Origin: Lophium mytilinum
Taxonomy: Eukaryota
Direction of reading: 5' to 3'
NCBI GenBank assembly: GCA_010093605.1
Contig: MU004184.1
Location: 1,622,801 to 1,686,800, forward strand
Length of the DNA stretch: 64,000 nt
In this document: positions 38,320 through 48,619 of the stretch, one piece after another
Layout: each line of letters starts with the position of its first letter
Numbering within the stretch: the first letter of the stretch is position 1
The notes under the pieces: generated by a model
What the model was told of the DNA's origin: nothing
The model's database searches: none
Seen by the model: the letters and a program-made list of their open reading frames with translations, nothing else
Translations under genes and position numbers: made by a program

Positions 38320-38787
38320 TTCTAGCTTTCCTTATCAATCCCCGGGATATGGTCTGGTTTAGATCGCCTTTGGGCTGCGGCACGGAGTAACGTCCTGAGG
38401 AAGGAGATGGACTTACGATTGGCCGTGTGTCTTTGGAAGTAAGCTACGAGCAAGTACGCACAGCGGAAGCATGATGGAGAGGTTTCGTACTTTACAGGCT
38501 CGCATACAGCACTGTTTCATAATATTAGGCACACGGATTTACCACTGCTTAAGTACAATCCTCCTCACTCAACACAATTACGAGGAGTACTCCAGCCCAA
38601 AGTCAAAAGGCAGTCTGGTTCGGACTACTTGAAACTTGACATTGCGTCTAGATATCTCAAACTTTATGGGGATACTTCAAGCAGTGGTAAAGAGGTGCAC
38701 AGACTCAAAGCCTATATCTGTAGTATGCAGGAGATGATGGGATCTACACTTTTCTGTACATGAAGACGAAGAAACTCTTGCAAACCC

Positions 38788-40375
38788 TTAAAACTCCCCA
38801 GATTCTGCCTCCCCAAAGACGCTACTAACGATTTCATCTGGTCTCACTCCCTCGATAGAGTCTTCAAGATCCGTTTCGTAGAACCAAGGGCATCGCTCTC
38901 GGAGGTGGCACGTGATTGCCCGGCTCAGTGCCTCAAATTCTAAGAGGAACCCGTCGTGTCCGTCTTGGGACTCGAGATTGAGGAATTTCGCCTCTGGTAA
39001 AGCCTCCGCGAGTTGAACCTGTTGCTCCGCCCTGAACAGAACGTCCGTTTCTACGCTGATTACAAGGGCTTGCGGAGGGACATTCTTGAATACATGCTCA
39101 AGATGTTCTTTGTGAGGAGGTATTGGGATATCGAGCCCTAATTGTATAGGTAACCGGCCGCGGGTGACGTCGTGAGTGTCCATTTTCGCCGTGAGATGGA
39201 TGTAGCAGTTGGCATCGAATCTCTGTGAAATTCAAAGTATTAGCCAAGTTTTCAATTGCAACATATACTCGTCTAGTTGAGGGCCTGAAGAACACCGGGA
39301 GCGTAGTAGCTTGCCTTTAAGAATTTCGCTGCCTGGTATTTGAGGTAACTTTGAGCTGCGAATTCCATGGGCGCTTGACCGTTCTGATCTATACATGGAT
39401 CCATCCGAGACTCTCTTGGATTTTCATTCTGACACGATAGCGGAGTTGATCCTACGCAACTAGAAGACGACGGTGGTGTTGATAAGCCTGTCGGCACCAC
39501 CGACGTAGATTGCTTCCTTTGGGTTGCTAGTCGACGGCTGAAGCGCTCTTCGAACGAGTTGTGCGAGCGATAAGTCAGCATGGCTATCATCCTCGCCGTA
39601 CTTAGTCCTTCAATGGGCTGTCCTGATGGCTCTGGAATATACCAACCGCTTTTAAAATTAGCATCCGCGTAGATGCTCATTCGTTGCGTTTCTCCCCACG
39701 CGATACCCCAGGCACTATGGTAGGCCGAAGTAGTAATCGGAACAATGTTCTTGACATATCCAACCGGTGTGCAAAGCGGCCACTCCAGGGTAGCCATTCC
39801 ACCCATAGATCCCCCGATCACAGCTGCGACTTCAGAGACACCGAGCTGATCAAGAACCATTTTTTGAATACTAGAATTCATGGGATTAGAACGCCTCCCC
39901 AACCCAGCTTTTCTGGTTCTTACCGAACGTCATCACGGACACTGGTCCTAGGAAATTCCGGACCATACTGCCGGCCAGTCTCAGGGTTGATGGTGAGAGG
40001 TGAAGCCGTCCCGTAAGGTGATCCGAGCATGTTCGCGCAAAAGATGAAGAACCGTCGAGGGTCAAACGCCTTCCCTCTACCCATCAGCGGTTGCCACCAG
40101 TCTTCCGCGTCGGCACTGCCTGAAAGAGCGTGACAAAGAACTAGACAATTACTGCCGCTTTCGTCAAGCGTGCCCCATGTTTTGTAGGCAACAGGGACCG
40201 AATAAAGCTGATGTCCGGACTCAAGGGTAAAGTGCGGTATCAGTGCGAACTTCTGATGTTTTACCAGATCGGCATAGTAATTGTGCGGTGCGGTGATAGG
40301 GCTGATCTCTCGTGAAATAGTAAGTAATAAGTTCGGAACGCCGCGTTGTGGTAGTTCAGACTTACTAGTTGTCAT
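38788..40375 (-). CDS. Homoserine O-acetyltransferase (Met2/FUB5-like); exons 40375-39924, 39870-39315, 39222-38788
   Basis: FTLESG, CHALSGSADAEDWW, NMLGSPYG, nucleophile GGSMGG, Asp in ETDVLF, His in GHDGFLLE and RFDANCY. CHALSGS/GGSMGG match homoserine transacetylases rather than Cys2 serine O-succinyltransferases. Confidence 0.92.
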
Positions 40376-40951
40376 TTTAGCTTTCCGTGGGAGTGTTCTT
40401 CCTAGCGATGAAATGCACGAGGATAGGTCTCTTGATGCAAGGAAAGGTCAAGGATGGACTTAATCTGGCAACACCAGATATTGACGGAAGTTTTACTAGC
40501 ACTGGCTTTTGAGGGATTCGTACGAGGTAAAGCAAAGTCCATAGACAGTTCTAACGCATCAAGTCCAGCGGTATAGTAAGGTGTTAAGACTTTTCTAAAA
40601 GCATTAAACTCACACTAGAGCTATAAGTTTCAAATGTAAGCAGGAATTACTAGTACCCGGGGATAGCTTGCAAAAGCAGCGTGGCGAATACTCAGGTAGG
40701 TTCTCCGCAGGGTTCATTTACGCGAGATATGAGATATCCTTGTTGACTCGGCGTTTGATATGTAAGTGTATCGGGGTCTGGGTCGATCTGCCGACCGGCT
40801 CGCCATGTGCTAAAAAGCACCTTACCTATGCCAGAGTTATTTTGCAGCCTCCGGTGCAGAACCTCTTTAAGAAAAGAGGTCTGCTTGATGGGTATCACCG
40901 GAGCAAAAGACGAAGACTTGCAGACATTATTTCTCAGCATTCTCTAAGAAT

Positions 40952-42348
40952 ATGACAGGAATGCTTGGAAACACGGTCAAGGTAGCGGCAGTCCAAGCTG
41001 CGCCCGTATCCTTCAATCTGCACGAAAGCTTAGATAAGGTTTCAACACTCACCACGGAGGCTGCCAGGTCGGGTGCCGATCTGGTAGTCTTCCCGTATGC
41101 CGCTCTCTTTCTCAGATGTCGATTAAAAGGAAGCTAATCATAACTTAGGGAAGGATTTCTTTCTGCTTATCCGTGGAGATACGCTTTTGATGCTACGATT
41201 GGAGCTCGGGAGCCAAGAGGTACATCAATTTTACTTACCACGAATAAGGAAGATTCTGACACTCCGGGTTGCTTTAATAGGTCGAAAATGGTTTGCGAAA
41301 TACTACAATTCTGCGATAGCCATTGAATCTCCAGAATTCCAGATCCTGCTCAGCATTGCTAAAGCAAACAAAGTCATTCTTTCCGTTGGAATAATCGAAA
41401 AAGATGGAGGTACATTATACTGCTCCGCAGTTCTTATTGGAAGAGATGGAAAGTTACTCTCTAACCACCGAAAGGTAGGCAGGACTCACGCTAGCTACAG
41501 GAATGATGAACGTTGGTAACAATGACTAGCTGATCCCTACGGCGGCGGAGAGGCTAGTATGGGGCCGCGGGTCCGGAGACGGCCTGAAAGTTGTGGATAC
41601 AGACATTGGAAAGGTCGGAGGCCTGATATGGTATTTGATTGCCGTGATTTGTGCAAGCGATACATGCATCTAATGAAACGTAGCTGGGAGAACTACATGC
41701 CCGCCGCAAGGCTGGCGTTGTATCAGCAGGGAATTGAGTGCGTCAATCTTCGCGCGGCTAAACCTGTGAGAGCGCTAATAACAGTCTGAAGAATCTGGCT
41801 TGCCCCAAATGCCGACGACCTGCCAAGTTGGACAGCTTCGATGCAGCATATCGCAAAAGAGGGTCGTTGTTGGGTCATCTCAGTCAACCAGTTTTGCAAG
41901 GTAAGGTTCTAGAAAAGCCTCGCTGTCGATACTCATAACAGCAGGTGTCCGATTTTCCTTCGGACTATCCACCATTCACTCCTGAGCACTATGATCGACA
42001 GCCCGATGGGTCGGCTTGGACTCCGGATGCTATTCTCAACCATGGCGGCTCATGTGTCGTTGGCCCATTGGGAGTTTTTCTGGCTGAACCTTTGTGGGAC
42101 AAGGAAGGCATTATCTATGCTGATCTCTCGAGAGACACTTTGATTGAATCTAGGGTATGTAAATCCGATCAAGATGATACTCCGGCGCTGATGTCAGTAC
42201 AGATGGATTTCGATCCAGTCGGAAGCTACTCTCGACCGGACATATTGTGAGTTACCGCAGTCTATGAGGGGGTACATATGCTAAGAATTTGGGCAGTTCT
42301 TTGCACGTTAATACGAAGCCCGGTGTGAATGTTGTTCTGAAGGAGTAA
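40952..42348 (+). CDS. Nitrilase (CN hydrolase branch 1), plant NIT4/yeast Nit1-like, about 9 exons
   Basis: KVAAVQAAP, catalytic Glu in LVVFP|E, Lys in [15 protein letters not shown], Cys in ICWENYMP (Cys codon split by an intron), [18 protein letters not shown] and [12 protein letters not shown]; ends ...VVLKE*. Confidence 0.92.
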
Positions 42349-42748
42349 AGGAGACGTTGATTGCACCTCAAAGTCGACGAGGAAGAGTATGCTCAGAGCG
42401 CCAGGAGAGTCTAACGCCCTAAGACAGCGTGCTAGACTAGGCGTAGGCCAGATAAAGAAACATTTCCAGGGCCTTGTAGTAAGAGGCTCTTACGTCGATG
42501 GCTTGTTCTGCTGCGGCGAGTTACAAGATGAAAGCCATGCAGTGAAGAAGTTTGAAGAGCGCCAAGCGCTGACTAACATGCACGTGACACTCCTTTTCGC
42601 CAGTTGGACTTGTCCCTCCCCGCTCATTCATCCCTCAACAACCATATTCTACTCACAACTCCACAGGACGCCGGGCTGAGCTGGCCTAGCAAACGCACGA
42701 TCTTACGGAGGTCTATTTACAGTTCTGTGGCGTGTTCTACATATCTGA

Positions 42749-42813
42749 TGCCGAATGCTCATAACATGGCCGTCATCAATGCCGAAGCACAGTGGGCCAG
42801 ATGCCGATCGGCA
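42749..42813. promoter_or_regulatory. TGCCGA motif cluster upstream of the cluster TF (putative autoregulatory sites)
   Basis: TGCCGA at 42749, 42780 and 42802, plus TCGGCA at 42808 (palindrome TGCCGATCGGCA). Confidence 0.55.
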
Positions 42814-43166
42814 AGATGCAACGGCAGAGCATTCTACAATGTTTCAACCGCCTGGGCATGCCTTATCCAATCAGAAGCGCGATCGCTCACAAGTTCCCGT
42901 GATTTTCTCAATAAACGTCGTTGATAACCCACAGGGCGCTGGTAGGCCCTATTTTTCCTCTCTATGTGTGCATATCTAGGTACGTCTTGCACGGGATAGT
43001 GAGATTGTCAGACCATCACTGCTACTCGGCGTCAGGGAAGAGGTCTATAATGGATATGTACTGTCATTCGCCTGTCTTCCACGAGGTATTTGACTGATGC
43101 GCTTTTTTGCTCGGGCTTTGGATTAACTCGAGCTTGTTCTTCTTACTCCCAACGCCAACACGTGCC

Positions 43167-45630
43167 ATGGCCATGACAACAACAAGCAAGGGCAAGGGCA
43201 AGCGAACCAAGCCTCCTGTTAAGGTAGCTTGTCTTGCTTGGTAAGTAAGATTTAGGTCTATGTTACATTCAGTTAACATAGAGTGATGCTGACGGCGATA
43301 AAAGTCGAGCTTCACGCATTAGATGTGACGGTAACACTACCTGTGCGAACGTATGTACCGAACGAAGTCAAAAACTGTTCGGGAACTGATGTTGTAAAAG
43401 TGTTTCGCCAAGGATCAAGAGTGTGTATACACCAAAAGCAACCGTGGTGGGCCTCGGGTCTCGCGGAAAAAGGCCGCTCAGTATGTTCAACCTCATGGCG
43501 AACGAGAGCAGCAAGAGCAGTTTCTTCCCTTCGATGACCTTACGCAAATCGACCTCTCGAGTTCGCTAGAATCATATCAGAGCTCATATGACGATATGTT
43601 CGGCGACATCATCATGCCCATGATCACGCCAGGGGCGGGACTGAAGAGCCTGGACAGTGATCAAATCTTTCATAGTATCTTTGGCAACATAACCGAGTCT
43701 AGCTCAGAGAACTCGAGTTCCTCAATCAATGAGTTCCATGCACCGGCTGCAGAATATCGACTTCGACCACGTACGTACGGAAGTGACAAAGACATGTGAG
43801 CATCACTCTTCGCTAGCCCAGATCTCTTTTGATTGCTCCATTCGAGCATTCACATATACGTGTCATCCAGGTCCGCACTTAGACCAGGCGCAAAAGCTGA
43901 TATAATTCCAAGACTGAATGCGTATTATATCTACATTCATCCTTATTTCCCGATCTTGCCGCCGCCGGAGTCCGTGGTCTCTATCGACAACCCTTTGGCC
44001 GACAGGTCACACGAGTTCGAACCTTCCTCTCCTCTGAGTCTGGCTATATCAGCTATATTGTCGCTAGTGCCGAACCCTGAGGATAGGTGTCCCCAAAGTC
44101 CGGAATCCGTTCTCTTTCGGAGGAAGCAAGCCCACCTCTTTGCACAGTTGGCCATGGAGAGCATCGAGATTGAGTCGGAAATACTTGCCTCTACGACCTC
44201 GCCTGCTGAGGCTCTCGGTAGCAAGCCGTCATTATTCAGAAGAGATCTTTTCCACCCGAAGACTCCCGTGGAGCTAGAAAGTATCCTAGCATACCTTATG
44301 CTCAGCGGCTACGAATATGCACAAAGAGGGAATCTAGCAAAGATGCGAAATAGAGCTAGCCAAGCCCTTGATGCCGCAACCCGGTTATGTTTACAAAAGG
44401 ATATCACAGGGGTTGGTGATATTTACCGTGAAGCAAAACAGAGGGCTTGGTGGATGACAGTAAGCAATTCTCTTGTAGTACAGAACTATAAAACTACAGT
44501 GGCTAATTAAAGCAGTATGTTTGTGTCCTACAATGCTCCATCGTTACTAGCACCGCTCCAATAATGGCAATTGACCATCAATCTTTCACTACCCGGCTTC
44601 CGACAATCAAAGCAGACCCTGGGGCTTGGAAGGCATTCATCGACGCCCAGCAAATGATATGGAGGTGTACAGAGTATACTATATCCTTGAAGCACATTCT
44701 GGACTCTGGAAGAAGCCCCTCGGTGCTTGACTCGCAGATGAAAGCTCTGGATCATGAACTGGACTCGCTGATTGAAGACCAAAATTTGGATCTAGACATA
44801 ACATACTGTGACCTTGTTGACGTCGACGAAGGTGTGCTCGCAAGATCGCTCCGGGCGCAGGCCCAAATAAAGCTTCAGAGCTCTAAGATTAAGCTCCATC
44901 GGTACAGGGCATTTCAAGACGCTCCACTTTTCACTCAGAAACACTGCGATCTCCAAGAAAGATCAAAGCCCTCTTCTATCGTTACTCCTCCCTCTTGCTG
45001 TAGCGGTTCGCTGTTCTCAGAGTTTCCCATTTCTTCTCCAGACCGCATGAGGCGCACCTCCTCCGCGTCAATTTCCGAAGCGTCGTCACCTGGCGAATCA
45101 CTACTCAGCGATATACCATCGATGAAAGTTTGCTTGAAATCTGGATTGTCAATATCGAGGCTCTTTGAATCTCTCCCATATCCATATTCGATGCGAGCAC
45201 TAGATACATCTTCGTTTCCATTTGCATATCACAGCGCCGTCATTCAAGCGCCCAGAACTATGCCGGCTTTTGCCTGTTGCGCAATGCAAAGCAGGTAATT
45301 ACCCCGAACTACGGCTCAGAGTTTTCGTCAATCGCGTACTAATAAGACATCCGCAACAGCTATGCATTGCTCATGCTCTGCCGAAAAAGTCGTGATATCA
45401 ACCGAGGCTCATACAGTGGAAATCCAGCTGCTAGTGGGCTCGGGGAGCTCTATTCAGGAATACGGCGTGTATTGAGTGCACTTGAGAACTATGCGATTGC
45501 TTTTGAAGCGATTGACGGCATGCGAGGTATGCATGAACTTCATCCGTAACAACATAGGTACTGATGAAAGAAAGGTCAAATACAAGAGGCACTTGAAGTA
45601 GCTATTACTGATGATGGAGCAACGTGGTAA
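43167..45630 (+). CDS. Zn(II)2Cys6 transcription factor with fungal-specific TF middle domain (cluster regulator candidate)
   Basis: Spliced CLAC-RASRIR-C-DGNTT-C-AN-C-FAKDQE-C cluster, then LNAYYIYIHPYFPILP, YEYAQRGNL and RAWWMT. Last exon ...DGATW* ends at 45630. Confidence 0.88.
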
Positions 45631-46464
45631 CACACGGTGGGACCAATAGACGTGATTAGTTAAGGATACGCGTCAGCGTCTTCATCAAGTCGATTTGCGA
45701 GCTGAGCGATTTGATATCTATACCAGTTTTTACCGAAGCCGCTTGTATCTACTAGGTGTCTGAGGAGCAATTTGCGACCATATATTGACACTGTCTTGAA
45801 TATCTCCTTAGCGCAACACGGCAACGGATCTAGCGGAGAGTTAGATATGTAGAGATGAGTCTCTGGGCGCGTTATCTTCCCTTGTCTACCTAACGTGATT
45901 TCCAATCACATGGGATGGGCCTCTTGAACAGTGCAGTCGTATTTATAGCTTCATTTCGGGGAATTTTGCTATGTTTACAGCGCCACATGCCGTTGTGGAG
46001 ACTCGAAGAGCACGATGTCATGTTCTCGACACCATTGCTACACGCAGGACCGAGGTTCAAGATGCAAGATGTCACGTGGACTGCCACTTTATGTCCAACA
46101 AAGCCTGTTACCACAATCGTCTAGAAACTCCACACAAGCCATCTCACCACCATCTACTTCCGCGTCTTCTCGTGGCTGCGAATCTTGTCAGACGGGAAAT
46201 CAGGGTGCGTAATTGTAGTACAATCTCTATTCCCCGTACTAGTGACGCAGACATCTGTACTAGTGACGCGGGCACCCATACTGGTGCCGCGGGCGCCGAT
46301 GGGCTTAGACCGTTTCATGCGGGGAATGCTCTCGGGCTTTGCCTCAAATGGCTCACGGCATCCAATGCCCTCGATAGACACAGGCATGTAAAGCAAATAC
46401 AATCGGCTTCTGATAACAGGCGACGCAACGGTACCGTGGATCGGCCAGAGATAATGGAACGCAT

Positions 46465-46488
46465 ACTGAAGTCGGTGCCGAGTTCAGT
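46465..46488. promoter_or_regulatory. Imperfect 24-bp palindrome with CGG-N2-CCG core upstream of the sulfhydrylase gene
   Basis: ACTGAA-g-TCGG-tg-CCGA-g-TTCAGT, ending about 145 bp before the ATG at 46633. Confidence 0.5.
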
Positions 46489-46632
46489 CACCACAATCAC
46501 TTAGACCGAAATCATTCTCATATCTCTTATATTTAACGCATCTATCCAGTCTTCATATCTCTAATCCAGTCAATATCACTCGCACACGCAATTCTACTAT
46601 TTTCTCACGTCCCGAACTTAATTCCTATCAAC

Positions 46633-48240
46633 ATGGTATCAGGTCACTTGGGTCAAGTTACGAAGTAGGCTTTCCCCTACCGTCATATTCTATGACCAAG
46701 GACATACTGACAGTATAGGACCCCAGAGTTTGAGACGCTTGCTCTCCATGGCGCTCAAGAACCAGATCCCATAAATGGCTCTCGTGCGCTTCCTCTCTAC
46801 CAGACTGCTGCATACAACTTCACAGATGCCGCCGATGGTGCTAGCAAGTTCGCGTGGTCTAAGGATGGCTACGTCTATACTCGTATGGGCAATCCGACCA
46901 ACTCAGTATTCGAGAACCGCATGGCAATGCTTGAAGGAGGAGTTGGAGCGGTCGCAACAGCGTCTGGTCATGCTGCTCAGGTAAGTTCTACGAAAGCGCA
47001 TATGCAACGAAGCTTATATGTACATCAGTTCATGGCAATTACGTCAGCATGTGAGCCAGGACAGAACTTCATCAGCACAATGAATCTCTATGGAGGAACA
47101 TTCAATCAGGTATGCGGTGTATCTTCAAGTGCCGAAACTTTCACTAATTCTATAAATCAGTTCCGAGTTTATATGAAGAAGTTCCACATTACGTGCAAAT
47201 TTGTTGAAGGACAAGATCCCAATAACATCAAGAAGGCCATCGACGAGAACACACGCGCGGTGTACGTGGAAACAATCGGGAACCCCCAGTTCAATGTGCC
47301 GGACTTAGAGGCAATTGCCAATGTCGCCCACGAAGCCGGAATACCTCTTATCGTTGACAACACATTCGGCATGGGCGGCTACCTTTGCAAACCCATCTCT
47401 CTGGGTGCCGACATCGTTACCCACAGCTGCACCAAGTGGATTGGTGGTCACGGTACATCAATGGGAGGTATCGTCATTGACGGCGGCCATTTTGACTGGT
47501 CTGCCAGTGGCAAGTTCCCCGGCTTCACCGAGCCCGCAGATGGCTACCATGGCATGCGGTTCTGGGAGACCTACGGGCTCAAAGCGCTGTCAGCCAAACT
47601 TCGCATGGACGCAATGCGTGACTTAGGTCCGTGTATGTCCCCTTTCAACGCTTGGCTGTTCTTGCAGGGTCTGGAGACTCTAGCCTTACGAGGTCAAAGA
47701 CATGTTGAAAACACTCTCGCATTCGCAAAGTGGCTCCAGGCCCATCCATGCGTGGCTTGGGTCAACTACCCCGGTCTCGAATCACATACAGACTACGCAC
47801 GTGCCAAAAAGGTGCTTCCAAAAGGAGCTGGAGGCGTTCTTACCTTCGGCGTAGCTGGAAACATCAGCGAGGTTGCTGCTGTGGTTGACAACCTGAAGCT
47901 TTGCTCTCATCTTGCCAATGTTGGAGATGCGAAGACACTCATCATCCACCCTTGGCGGACAACCCATCAGCAGATACCCGACCAGGAAAAGATCCGAGGT
48001 GGAGTCACACCAGACATGATTCGAGTCAGTCTCGGCTTAGAACATATCGAAGACATCAAACATGACTTCGAGCAGGCGTTTGTGGGAGCTGGTTTGAAGC
48101 CGGCGCAAGGATGGATTCCAACATGGAAGAAGGATATGGAAAGCAAAGACTGGAACGAGGGCACCCTGTATGCACCCGCACCCGGAGCTCCCGAAGGTGT
48201 CAAGGAGATGGCTGCTCGTGCGATAAGTGCAAGCGCATGA
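46633..48240 (+). CDS. PLP-dependent O-acetylhomoserine sulfhydrylase family enzyme (Met17/FUB7-like paralogue), 4 exons
   Basis: FETLALHGAQEPDP, YTRMGNPT, LEGGVGAVATASGHAAQ, ETIGNP, VDNTFG, PLP-lysine HSCTKWIGGHG, QGLETL, LANVGDAKTL and IRVSLGLE. Confidence 0.93.
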
Positions 48241-48619
48241 GCAAGGTTTTGGGTGCTACATTAGGTGTTTCGTTCGGGCTAGAATAACTTTGCTAGCAGA
48301 GCATTCGCGGTTGAGATTTCATCGGTTTCCATATTCTCAAAGAATGATGAAGTAACATCCCGAGAGCATTAAGTGCTTGGTTCCTTTCTTAGTAGGCACC
48401 TCCAGTGCTGTACATCGATATGTGCCCAGTCCTTTCACCTCGTCTCTTCAGCACATCGTTTCATATGATTAGCAGTCCATCAATGCGAACGTGCGTATGT
48501 CTTCAATCTACTTAACCTATATACAACAACGACATCCACATCGAGTAATTCCATCTATCAATCAACCCTCCTTTAAAGCCTGATCCAAGCTGAACCAAGG
48601 GACGGCTCGAGATGTTGGG

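Noticed and set aside
36113..48240. Fusaric acid (FUB) cluster or a plain methionine biosynthesis cluster
   Set aside because: No PKS, NRPS-like enzyme, oxidase or MFS exporter in or beside the cluster. No methionine synthase or sulfate-assimilation genes either, and a nitrilase has no role in either pathway.
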